Origin: Desulfobulbaceae bacterium
Lineage (GTDB): Bacteria > Desulfobacterota > Desulfobulbia > Desulfobulbales > BM004
Assembly: GCA_002868955.1 (NCBI GenBank)
Contig: PKTW01000054.1
Span: 1-50,514 of the forward strand
Direction of reading: 5' to 3'
Length of the DNA: 50,514 nucleotides
The notes beneath the pieces are model-generated. The model searched no databases. It was not told where the DNA came from and saw nothing but the letters and a program-made list of their open reading frames with translations. Of this stretch, positions 21,212 to 30,253 are shown in pieces. Positions within the stretch are counted from its first letter, which is position 1, and each line of letters begins with the position of its first letter. The translations under genes and the position numbers were made by a program.

Positions 21212-21993
21212 TCATTTTCCAGTCTGCTTTGATAAATATGCCCCATGGTCATTTGAACAAAGTCTTGTATTATTGGATCATTACTCCTTTGAATATCTTC
21301 GGAGTTGTTGAAAACCTTGGCCATGCCCTCATGCATAACCACCACCTGGTCGGCAAGGTTAAATATCTTGGGAATATCATGGCTGACGATCACTGAGGTA
21401 TATTTCATTTCTTGCTGTATCTTGTGAAATAATCTGTAGATCTCCAGTGACCGGGCCGGATCAAGGCCGGTCGTCGGCTCATCAAACAGCATGATCTTGG
21501 GCTGGAGCTGCAGCGCCCGGGCCAAACCTACCCTTTTCTGCATACCGCCGCTGAGCTGAGCCGGAAATTTATCTTCATGTCCGCTAAGACCGAACTGCGC
21601 CAGTGATGCCATGACCCGTTTGTGAATTTCATCAGCCGGAAGCTTCGTTTTTTCCTGCAGCGGCAGTGCCACATTCCCATATACCGTCATGGAGTCAAAA
21701 AGGGCCACCCCCTGGAACAAAACGCCGAAATTCGAACGCACCTCATTAAGCTCCCTGGATCTCATGGTGGTGATATCTTTGCCCTCAATAAGAATTTTGC
21801 CGGTGTCCGGTTTCATCAGGCCAAGTATAAGTTTGATCGCCACACTTTTACCCTGGCCGCTTGCTCCCCCGATAACCGTTGTCATCCCTGAATTTATGCT
21901 GAAATCAACTCCCTTTAAAACCCTTTGCACCGTGCCATTTGCACTGGTGAAAGACTTATGGACATCGACGAATTGAATAATTGCACCGTTCAT
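21208..21993 (-). CDS. mlaF: MlaF ABC ATPase
   Basis: GASGQGKS; FQGVALFDS; LSGGMQKRVGLARAL; FDEPTTGLDP; SHD. Confidence 0.92.
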   Translation of the reverse strand: MNGAIIQFVDVHKSFTSANGTVQRVLKGVDFSINSGMTTVIGGASGQGKSVAIKLILGLMKPDTGKILIEGKDITTMRSRELNEVRSNFGVLFQGVALFDSMTVYGNVALPLQEKTKLPADEIHKRVMASLAQFGLSGHEDKFPAQLSGGMQKRVGLARALQLQPKIMLFDEPTTGLDPARSLEIYRLFHKIQQEMKYTSVIVSHDIPKIFNLADQVVVMHEGMAKVFNNSEDIQRSNDPIIQDFVQMTMGHIYQSRLENE

Positions 21994-22787
21994 AGCAGCA
22001 TAGCCGTCAATAAATAATCCCAGAGCAGGACGGTAATTGATGAAAGCACAACTGCTTGTGTGGTTACCCTGCTGACACTTTCTGCCCCAAAACCGGTAGA
22101 GCGTATTTTGAGCAACAGAAACCCTCTGCCTGTGCAGATCCAGACAATAATAACAGCAAAAACAAAGGACTTGATTATACCCAGGTTGATATCCTTGTTA
22201 AGCACACTCTGTTCCATGCCGGAAAAAAAGGCTCCAGGATTTACCCCGAGAAGCTTGACGCCGGTCAAATATCCGCCATAGATTCCAACAACATTAAACA
22301 ACAAAGTAAGGAGTGGAACAGCAACAAGGGTTGCCAGGAACTTGGGCGCGATAAGGAACCTGTACGGGTTTATGGCCATACATTCCAGGGCATCTATCTG
22401 CTGTGATATACGCATAATACCTAATTCAGCGCACATGGCTGATCCGGCCCGGCCCGTTACCATAAGGGCTGTCAGTACCGGACCAAGTTCCCGGATAAGA
22501 CTTAATGCCACGGCGGAACCAAGGGCTCCCTCCGACCCGACTTTACTGAGGGTGTAATATCCCTGCACCCCTAAAACCATGCCGGTAAAGGCTGCTGTAA
22601 AAAAAATAACAACAAAGGAATGGGCGCCGATAACCTTAATTTCTTTCAGTAGAGCCCGAAAACGGAAAGGCGCCCTGAAAATGCCGCTGAGTGACTGTAA
22701 TAAAAACAACCCCATGCCGCCCAGATCATAAAAATAATACAAGGTGTTACGACCGAGGATTTCTATCTGTTTCAAAACGATTTGCAT
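21990..22787 (-). CDS. mlaE: MlaE ABC permease
   Basis: RELGPVLTALMVTGRAGSA..AELG.MRI.QQIDAL. Confidence 0.93.
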   Translation of the reverse strand: MQIVLKQIEILGRNTLYYFYDLGGMGLFLLQSLSGIFRAPFRFRALLKEIKVIGAHSFVVIFFTAAFTGMVLGVQGYYTLSKVGSEGALGSAVALSLIRELGPVLTALMVTGRAGSAMCAELGIMRISQQIDALECMAINPYRFLIAPKFLATLVAVPLLTLLFNVVGIYGGYLTGVKLLGVNPGAFFSGMEQSVLNKDINLGIIKSFVFAVIIVWICTGRGFLLLKIRSTGFGAESVSRVTTQAVVLSSITVLLWDYLLTAMLL

Positions 22788-23161
22788 ACAGTTTTTGCTT
22801 CACACTCCCGGGTTATTTTATAAAACCAGGTTTTATATATTCAATTCGATTATGGGGTCAAGTTTCTATGCTTATTTTTACGCAATCTTTACCGTTACTT
22901 TATAACTCTTTAATAGAGTCCTGCTATACTCATGCAAGGTCCAAATATTTTATTATACATAGTTGCATGAATTTCATGAACAAGAAATATATTTTTTTGC
23001 AAAACCCCTATCGTCCGGATGATTCAAAATTAATTGTACTTTGGGCTCATATCTTGTAATTTCAGGGCATGAAATTTAAATTAATAAATCATTCTTAGGT
23101 AATTTAACTAGTTGTTTTTTTTTCCTTTGCAAGTCAAACCAGAACCTGACCGGAGTATTGC

Positions 23162-23494
23162 ATGGATACATATTATCATCCCAAGGATTTACCAAAATTT
23201 GCTGAAATGAGTGAAGGTGCCCCTGAACTCGCCGAAAAATTTTTTGACTATTATTCTGCCGTATTTGCTGAAGGGGAGCTGACCCAAAGGGAAAAATCAC
23301 TTATCGCCCTGGCCGTGGCTCATGCGGTCCAGTGTCCGTATTGCATAGATGCGTACACGCAGGATTGTCTGGAAAAAGGCTCAAACGTCAATGAAATGAC
23401 CGAGGCAATTCATGTCGCCACAGCAATCCGGGGCGGCGCCTCGCTGGTGCATGGCGTCCAGATGCGAAACGTTGCCGACAAAATATCACTGTAA
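23162..23494 (+). CDS. AhpD/CMD-family peroxidase-like protein (arsenosugar biosynthesis-associated type)
   Basis: MDTYY.PKDL.KF; LTQREKSLIALAVAHAVQCPYCIDAY; AIRGGASLVHGVQM; adjacent to an ArsS-type gene. Confidence 0.88.
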   Translation: MDTYYHPKDLPKFAEMSEGAPELAEKFFDYYSAVFAEGELTQREKSLIALAVAHAVQCPYCIDAYTQDCLEKGSNVNEMTEAIHVATAIRGGASLVHGVQMRNVADKISL

Positions 23495-23502
23495 ACTTTT
23501 GT

Positions 23503-24516
23503 GTGATGAAGCAGTTACACGCAGTTAATAACCTGGGCAGCAACCTCTATCAGGTGCCGAACCTGGAAACATTCAGGAATAATCTAGCCAATCACGGCAT
23601 AGACCTTACCAGGAAAAAATGCACCACGCTACAGGTCAATGTGGGGCAACTCTGCAACCAGAGTTGCAGGCACTGCCACCTTGATGCCGGACCCTTACGC
23701 AAGGAGATCATGAATGAAAACACTGCCTCTGAAGTCATAAAGCTGGCTGGCAGGTTTCGCTTTGAAATGATAGACATCACAGGCGGTGCGCCGGAAATGA
23801 ATCCGCACATTACAACGCTCGTCAGCAAACTTGCACCCCTGACCAATACCCTGATACTGCGTTCAAACCTGACAGCCATTGCGGCAGAAAAACAAAATGG
23901 CCTTCTTGAGCTTTTAGCCGGGAAAAGGGTTGCTATAATAGCCTCCCTGCCCTCCTTAAATGAGGCCCAGTCAGAATCACAACGGGGGGAAAACACTTTT
24001 GCACCCTCCATCAGGGCACTCAGAAAACTGAACGCACTTGGTTACGGCCTTCCGGATTCAGACCTGGAGCTGAACCTGGTGTGTAATCCGACAGGTGCGT
24101 TTCTCCCTTCATCCCAGGAGCAGGTTGAAAAACGTTTTCGCCAGATGCTTGCCCGTAAATGGGGTATATTGTTCAACAATCTTTACGTTTTTGCCAATGT
24201 TCCCCTTGGCCGGTTTCTTACCTGGCTGGAAGACTCAGACAACCTTGAGAGCTATATCCTGAAACTGGCGGCGCACTTCAACCCCTGCACCCTGGAGGGC
24301 TTAATGTGCCGTTCACTTATTTCCGTATCCTGGGACGGCTATCTCTTTGATTGTGACTTTAATCAATCCCTGCAGCTGTATATGGGGAACAGGCGGAAAC
24401 ATGTCTCCGAACTGCAGGGTCTGCCGGGGCCGGGTGATACTATAGCAGTATCCGAGCACTGTTATACCTGCACCGCCGGGTCAGGGTTTACCTGAGGCGG
24501 CGCCATCAGTGCCTGA
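23503..24516 (+). CDS. arsS: ArsS-family radical SAM/DUF3641 protein, probably a selenoprotein (TGA 24493-24495 = Sec; true stop 24514-24516)
   Basis: TLQVNVGQLCNQSCRHCH; DITGGAPE; RSNLT; LMCR..ISV.WDG..FDCDFN; HCYTCTAGSGFT-U-GGAISA matches the family's CTAGxGSSCGG tail. Confidence 0.85.
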
Positions 24517-24529
24517 GGTCCAGGCCGCT
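24493..24529 (+). promoter_or_regulatory. Putative bacterial SECIS element
   Basis: TGA followed by an AGT-GCCTG[AGGTC]CAGGC-C-GCT hairpin with a G-containing apical loop about 21-25 nt after the TGA. Confidence 0.7.
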
Positions 24530-24574
24530 TACCTGCAAAATTACATTTGCTCGAGCCGCAGCTCTGAAACAAAA

Positions 24575-25327
24575 ATGGTCCGTGAATTTACAAATATCCA
24601 GCAGGCGAGCAGTGCAGCTGTTGCTTATATTGTCGATCTTGCCGGATCTGCAGTAAGGGATAAGGGGTTCTTCACTCTCGTCCTGGCTGGAGGCTCAACA
24701 CCAAGGCAGACGTATGAACTATTGAGTGCAGCTGCCAATGCCGAACAGATGCCATGGCAGCAATGCCATTTTTTCTGGGGTGATGAACGGTGGCTGCCTG
24801 CAAACCACCCGGAAAGCAATTTCTGCATGGCAGACAAAGCTCTGCTTTCCAGAGTCCCTATCCCTGCCCATAATATTCACCGGATAACAACCGGCCACAA
24901 AAATCCTGAAACCGGTGCCGAGTTGTATGAAAGACACCTGCGTGACTTTTTTCACTTGCAGGGCCGGGCGGGGATGAAAAGCAATGTTAAAGACATGGCC
25001 ATTCCGAGTTTTGACTTGGTACTCCTGGGAATGGGCACAGATGGGCATACGGCCTCCCTCTTTCCGGGCTCGAGTCTCCTGGAAGAAAAAAAGAAATGGG
25101 TTGCCGCTGTACCGGAAGGCGTTGGTTCACCTCCGGTTGCACGCATAACGCTTACCCTGCCGCTTCTCAACGGGGCAGAAAACGTTATTTTTCTAACCTC
25201 AGGAAGCAGGAAAAGGGCAATACTCGATACCATTCTTACACGGCCTGAAGAAGCGGTAGAACTCTACCCTGCCGCCCGTATCAAGCCGGCCGGCAACCTT
25301 GTATGGCTGGCATCCGCAGAAGGCTGA
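24575..25327 (+). CDS. pgl: 6-phosphogluconolactonase
   Basis: LAGGSTP; FWGDER; SNF; FDLVLLGMGTDGHTASLFP; RITLTLP; PAARI. Confidence 0.93.
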   Translation: MVREFTNIQQASSAAVAYIVDLAGSAVRDKGFFTLVLAGGSTPRQTYELLSAAANAEQMPWQQCHFFWGDERWLPANHPESNFCMADKALLSRVPIPAHNIHRITTGHKNPETGAELYERHLRDFFHLQGRAGMKSNVKDMAIPSFDLVLLGMGTDGHTASLFPGSSLLEEKKKWVAAVPEGVGSPPVARITLTLPLLNGAENVIFLTSGSRKRAILDTILTRPEEAVELYPAARIKPAGNLVWLASAEG

Positions 25328-25338
25328 AACAGAAAACG

Positions 25339-25947
25339 CTAGAGGCTTTTTATGGCTTCACTGACAGGCAGACCGTTGGGAGCCAGGGCGTTAGGATTGA
25401 TCGCAAGCAGCTCTTCCCAAACCTTCACCGCACCCTCCCGGTCATTCATGTCGTAGCGCAGGACAATTCCCTTGTTGAAGCGTGACTGTTCATGCCTGGG
25501 GTCCACCGCAATAGCCCGGTCAAATGTAGCCAGCGCTTTATCGGGCTGACCGTTGCGGCGGTACATAACACCCAGATCTGTCAGAACATTGGGATCGTCC
25601 GGCCTCAGTTCAAGGGATTTCTCATAGGCCCGTATGGCCTTGGCAGGGTTATTGGTATCAAAATAAACATGGCCTAACCGTGTCCAGGCGTCTACATTTG
25701 TCGGGTTAGTTGCCACCTCCTGCTCCAGTCGCAAAATATCGCTGGCCTGCTCGCGTGTAAGGCCGGAAGCCTGCTGTTGTTGCGGCTGCGGCGGAGCAGA
25801 TGTAGTCTGGACGCTGCCGGTCGGGCCGGATTGCAGGGCGCTGTAAAAAACTCCACCCAAAAACCCTATAACCAGGGCAATAAGGGCAACAATAAGCATG
25901 GTTTCTTTTTTCACAAAGTTGCCTTCCGGGCTTTTCTGCTTTGCCAT
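25339..25947 (-). CDS. Membrane-anchored tetratricopeptide repeat protein
   Basis: N-terminal TM segment; Q/P linker; TPR repeats (AWTRLGHVYF, VLTDLGVMY, SRFNKGIV). Confidence 0.85.
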   Translation of the reverse strand: MAKQKSPEGNFVKKETMLIVALIALVIGFLGGVFYSALQSGPTGSVQTTSAPPQPQQQQASGLTREQASDILRLEQEVATNPTNVDAWTRLGHVYFDTNNPAKAIRAYEKSLELRPDDPNVLTDLGVMYRRNGQPDKALATFDRAIAVDPRHEQSRFNKGIVLRYDMNDREGAVKVWEELLAINPNALAPNGLPVSEAIKSL

Positions 25948-26329
25948 AAATCCTCCAATTCATAAAAGCGTTTATCTATAAGGATCTCGCCGAGCCTGCT
26001 ATTCAAATTTTATTAGGGAATCAACCCGGCAGAGTATACATTCTCTTGTGCCAGCGTTACAAGCTATGTCTTCTAAGTTTAGAAGAAACGTAGACTAAAA
26101 CTGATAATACATGTGCCGTCACCAGACAAGTCGGGAAAAATTCTTATCAGCAGGAAACTCTCTTCCGGTTTTCCCGCAAAGTTCAGTTTTTTAAAAAAAA
26201 CCTTTCCTCGCAAATTCCTGCCTGAGGTTCCTTATCAGGAAGCTTGTCCTATAAACCAGCAAGCAAAAGAAAACTGGTACCGCAAGAAGTCGATTGTCAT
26301 CCCTGTGCAATGTTTGTATAAATAATTTA

Positions 26330-26731
26330 ATGCGTAACATTGTTGAGAAATCGTTGATCCATAAAACCGTGCTGGTCCTTATTGCCTTCCTCCTGGTAGC
26401 TGGCAGCCCCAGCAATGCAAGTAATTCCGGCCCTGAAATTATGGAACTGAAAAGTCCGGCCGGGAATAAAGCCGCCCGATTCCCCCATAAAAAACACCAG
26501 GACAGTTTTGCATGTAAAGAATGCCACCACACCAGGGCTGAAGACTCCGTGCAATCTCCTTATGTGGAAGGCATGCAGATCAAGAAGTGTATCGGCTGCC
26601 ACAATGCTGACGACATGAGCAATCCGCAACTCAACAGTTTCAAACTGGCTGCCCACGGGCTATGCAAAGAGTGCCATAAGCAAAACAGAAATGCAGCCCC
26701 AACAAAATGTTCCGGGTGCCACATCAAATAA
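26330..26731 (+). CDS. Tetraheme class III cytochrome c (cytochrome c3 family)
   Basis: Signal peptide; FPHKKH; four CxxCH motifs (CKECH, CIGCH, CKECH, CSGCH); AAH distal ligand. Confidence 0.9.
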   Translation: MRNIVEKSLIHKTVLVLIAFLLVAGSPSNASNSGPEIMELKSPAGNKAARFPHKKHQDSFACKECHHTRAEDSVQSPYVEGMQIKKCIGCHNADDMSNPQLNSFKLAAHGLCKECHKQNRNAAPTKCSGCHIK

Positions 26732-26781
26732 CAGGGATTAATTATCCTTTATCCTGTTTGCCCCAAAAAAGTTTTGTGATC

Positions 26782-28872
26782 CTATTTAACCGCCGGCTGC
26801 ATCTTGGAAAAATCTCCAACCCTGAGGAACAGCCCTGAAATTGCGGTCAGCAGGTTAAGCCTGTTTTTCTGCAAAGCCGCATCATCAGTCATGACCATAA
26901 CCTCGTCAAAGAATTGATCCACCGGTTCTTTCATGCGCAGGATGATATCGAGTGCCTTGCCGTACTCCTTCGCCTGCAGGAATTTATTGGTCTCCTCCTG
27001 CACTCTTTCAAAGGCCTCATAGAGGCTGCGTTCAGCTCCGTCCTGCAGGAGTCCCCTGTCAACCTCTGCCCCGTCGTGCCCCTTTATGATATTCATAACG
27101 CGCTTAAAGGCTGCTGCCAGAACTGTAAAAGATGGTTGCTCGCGTATTGCTGACAGTGCATCTATCTTGGCACGACAATCAACCACGTTATCAAATGCAA
27201 CAGACGTCACTGCCTCTACAGCAGAACCGGGAACTCCGCGCCCGATAAGGTCGTTGACAAACCTGCCCTTGATAAAATCAATAATCATGGTCTTTACTGC
27301 TGTTTTCTCCCCGGTCAGCTTGTCCTCATAAAGTGCCAAAGCCGCATCAACTGTATCCGACAATGACAGCAGGAAACCATGTGATTCTATGATGTGCAGA
27401 AGCCCCAAAGCCAGCCTTCTGAGACCGAACGGGTCAGTGGTTCCGGTGGGCACCTGATTGATGCCAAAGCACCCTGTTATGGTATCAAGCCGATCGGCCA
27501 TTCCCACCAGGGCACCTGGTATTTGTGCCGGCAGATTTCCTCCTGCCCTGATCGGCAAATAATGCTCCAGTATTGCAATTGCCACCTCCGGAGGTTCATT
27601 ATCCAGCAGGGCATAATCCCTGCCCATGACACCCTGCAGTGAGGGAAATTCATTCACCATGGCAGTAAGCAGGTCAGCCTTGGCAAGAACAGCAGCCCTT
27701 TCTGCCATTGTTTCATATTCCGGAGCAAGTTCTTGCGCCAGAATGGAGGCCAACTTGGCAACCCTTCCGGTTTTCTCAAGCATAGTACCAAGCTTTGCCT
27801 GAAAAATGAGCCCGGAAAGATCCGTGACCCGGTCAGCAAGCTTTCTGCTCCTGTCAGCCTTAAAGAAGAAAAAGGCATCCTCAAGACGGGCCCGCAAAAC
27901 CCGCTGGTGTCCTTCGGCTGCCAGTTTCTCATCTGGAACACGGGTGTTATTGACAGCCACAAAATTTGCTAATAATCTGCCCGCCGCGTCTGTAACGCAA
28001 AAATACTTCTGATGTTCGCGCATGGCAGTGATAAGAACATCGTCAGGAAGTTCAAGGAAACGTTCTTCAAAGGTTCCGCAGACCCCGTTAGGGTATTCCA
28101 CCAGGTTGGTTACCGTGTCAATGAGCTCCTCGTCTTGCAGTATTATAGCCCCCTCCGTCCCGCTTCTTGCAGCGGCTGCCCGCTTGATCTCAAGAATAAC
28201 GGACTGGCGCCGCTCATCCAGATCAACCAGGACATGGTTTTGACGCAGGACATCGACATAGTGGGCAAAATCCTTCACCTCTATGGCTTCAGCAGGAGCC
28301 ATGAAACGATGCCCCCTTGTTGATGTACCGCTTGTGATGTCACCTATCTGCACATCAATTTTCCTGCCCTCGTAAAGCACCAGCAGCCAATGGATAGGCC
28401 GGACAAATGAGGTTTCTCCCGCACCCCAGCGCATTGATTTCGGGAACGTCAGATCCGCAATAAGACCCTGCAGGATTTGCGGCAGGAGGTTCTCAGTCTT
28501 TTCTCCTTTGTTTTGCCTGACAAGCATGACATACTCGCCTTTCGGCGTGTTGACAATCTTCAGGTCTTCAACTTCAGCACCTTTGGAGCGTGCAAAGCCG
28601 GCAGCAGCCTTTGTCGGATTGTTTGCAGCATCAAAGGCAGCAGTTTTGGCTGGGCCTAAAAACTCCTCCTCACGATCCGGTTGCTTCGATACCAGACCTT
28701 TCACGCAGATAGCAAGTCGCCTCGGGGTGCCCGCCGTATGGATCGTATCATAATGCAAACCCTGCTCGGCCAATTTTGCGGCCATGGCCTTTTGCATATT
28801 CACCAGGGCAGGGACAATAAATCCGGCTGGAATCTCTTCAGAGCCAATTTCAAGGAGTAACTCGTTGTGCAT
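26782..28872 (-). CDS. glyS: Glycine--tRNA ligase beta subunit
   Basis: LLLEIGSEEIP; TPRRLA; FPKSMRWG; FVRPIHWL; RARLEDA.FF; EFPSLQG.MG; DPFGLRR; NRL. Confidence 0.96.
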   Translation of the reverse strand: MHNELLLEIGSEEIPAGFIVPALVNMQKAMAAKLAEQGLHYDTIHTAGTPRRLAICVKGLVSKQPDREEEFLGPAKTAAFDAANNPTKAAAGFARSKGAEVEDLKIVNTPKGEYVMLVRQNKGEKTENLLPQILQGLIADLTFPKSMRWGAGETSFVRPIHWLLVLYEGRKIDVQIGDITSGTSTRGHRFMAPAEAIEVKDFAHYVDVLRQNHVLVDLDERRQSVILEIKRAAAARSGTEGAIILQDEELIDTVTNLVEYPNGVCGTFEERFLELPDDVLITAMREHQKYFCVTDAAGRLLANFVAVNNTRVPDEKLAAEGHQRVLRARLEDAFFFFKADRSRKLADRVTDLSGLIFQAKLGTMLEKTGRVAKLASILAQELAPEYETMAERAAVLAKADLLTAMVNEFPSLQGVMGRDYALLDNEPPEVAIAILEHYLPIRAGGNLPAQIPGALVGMADRLDTITGCFGINQVPTGTTDPFGLRRLALGLLHIIESHGFLLSLSDTVDAALALYEDKLTGEKTAVKTMIIDFIKGRFVNDLIGRGVPGSAVEAVTSVAFDNVVDCRAKIDALSAIREQPSFTVLAAAFKRVMNIIKGHDGAEVDRGLLQDGAERSLYEAFERVQEETNKFLQAKEYGKALDIILRMKEPVDQFFDEVMVMTDDAALQKNRLNLLTAISGLFLRVGDFSKMQPAVK

Positions 28873-28939
28873 AGTCTTTTTTAACTTATTTTTAATGGTT
28901 GCGTTGCTTCATTCTGCAAAATAACAGCAAACCTCTGGT

Positions 28940-29725
28940 TCAGCCCGTTGATAGCTGTTCCTGGGGCCCGTCCAAAACAGCAAATGTTTTAAAGCCTTCA
29001 CACAGGTTTTCAACTGTTACGGAAAAACGGGAAATATCTTTATTGCCGGAAAATTTTCTTCCCAGGGCTTTGGTAATTTCTTCCACCGATAATATTGATT
29101 TTGCCGAAAATTGATCTGTTGGAGGAGAGCTTTCACTGTTCTGCTGTTCAGTAATGGAACGGTTTTGCCCTATTACCTCCTCAACCATCTGGATGACGTC
29201 TTCAATCCATATAAAATTACGGTACTGGATACTTATAACAGCGTTGCCCCAAAGTCCCGGAGAACGCGGGAGCCCTGCGCCGTTCTGCATAGGCAACGGC
29301 ACCGCAATAGGGACGCTGATCTGCAGGACAAGTTCATATTTGTCCTCAAGCAACCCCTGCATCTTGCATTGATATTCGCCAATACCAATAGCATTGGCGT
29401 GGGATATTTTCTGCTTAACAAAATATGGAAACTCTATTTCTAGGTGCGCGGATTCTGCCTCCAGCCTGGTCTTCATCTCTTCCAGGATCAGCCTCAGATT
29501 CTTGATATCAAACTCGCCATGGAACTGGTTCAGGATCTCAATGAAACGGCTCATGTGAGTGCCTTTGAACCGGTGCGGCAGGTTGACAAACATGTTGAAA
29601 TTCGCCACAGTCCGCTGCAGCTTCTTGGCCTTATCGAGGACCATGACCGGATAGGTGATATCCTTGACCCCCACCTTCTGTATATTAATGCGGCGATGGT
29701 CTCGCTGGCTTTGGATATCCTTCAT
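28940..29725 (-). CDS. GTP cyclohydrolase IB (FolE2)-like protein lacking catalytic motifs
   Basis: The N-half is clearly FolE2 (MKDIQ, I.KVGVK, KGTHMSRF, IWIED), but the CPCS, HNQR, LKRxDE and ESIH motifs are absent. Confidence 0.8.
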   Translation of the reverse strand: MKDIQSQRDHRRINIQKVGVKDITYPVMVLDKAKKLQRTVANFNMFVNLPHRFKGTHMSRFIEILNQFHGEFDIKNLRLILEEMKTRLEAESAHLEIEFPYFVKQKISHANAIGIGEYQCKMQGLLEDKYELVLQISVPIAVPLPMQNGAGLPRSPGLWGNAVISIQYRNFIWIEDVIQMVEEVIGQNRSITEQQNSESSPPTDQFSAKSILSVEEITKALGRKFSGNKDISRFSVTVENLCEGFKTFAVLDGPQEQLSTG

Positions 29726-29766
29726 GGCAGAGATCGGATTACAGTGGTCGGAAAAAAGAATTCACA

Positions 29767-30120
29767 TTATTTGGCGAGATAGCGGCGGACAGCTTCCTTC
29801 AATTCTCCCATGTCGGAAGACTTGACAATATATTCATCAGATGCCCATGCTCCCAGATCCTGCTTATACTCATGGTATGCAGTGCTCAGAATTACAGGCA
29901 GAGTCGGATTAATTTCCTTCATCTGGCGCAGGACCTCAATGCCGTTCATATCGGGCATGTTTATATCCAGAATTACCAGGTCTGGAGAAATCAGTCTAAA
30001 TTTTTCCAGGGCATCTGTCCCGCTGAGTGCCGAATGAACTTCATACCCTTCTTCTTCAAACTCTTCACGGTATAAAAGATGGATACTCTCCTCGTCATCA
30101 ACAAGCAGGATTTTTTTCAT
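29767..30120 (-). CDS. Single-domain response regulator (receiver only)
   Basis: ILLVDDE; LVILDINMP; STAY; YIVKS. Confidence 0.92.
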   Translation of the reverse strand: MKKILLVDDEESIHLLYREEFEEEGYEVHSALSGTDALEKFRLISPDLVILDINMPDMNGIEVLRQMKEINPTLPVILSTAYHEYKQDLGAWASDEYIVKSSDMGELKEAVRRYLAK

Positions 30121-30253
30121 CGTTTGCCTCAGCGCACTAGTAATAAATAAAATCACACCGGCTTGTTCAGCATATCTTCCGGCTCGGACTCTCTATATTA
30201 AGCTCTACTAAAAATTTTACCAAACAACAAATTCTCCCGGGTGGATCTGACCA

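Noticed and set aside
22966-22978. CATGAA-T-TTCATG palindrome as an ArsR or Rex operator
   Set aside because: It is short, lies in very AT-rich DNA, and does not convincingly match either consensus.
24514-24516. Second in-frame TGA as another Sec
   Set aside because: It falls where family members normally end, read-through gives no recognisable sequence, and I see no second SECIS-like hairpin.
24509-24574. GTG start of pgl at 24509
   Set aside because: It overlaps the Sec-extended arsS tail and the SECIS; Pgl-like sequence begins near the ATG at 24575.
29100-29421. Frameshift as the explanation for the missing FolE2 motifs
   Set aside because: The overlapping alternative-frame ORF shows no CPCS or HNQR motif, and the main frame resumes FolE2-like register (IWIED, VEN) on both sides.
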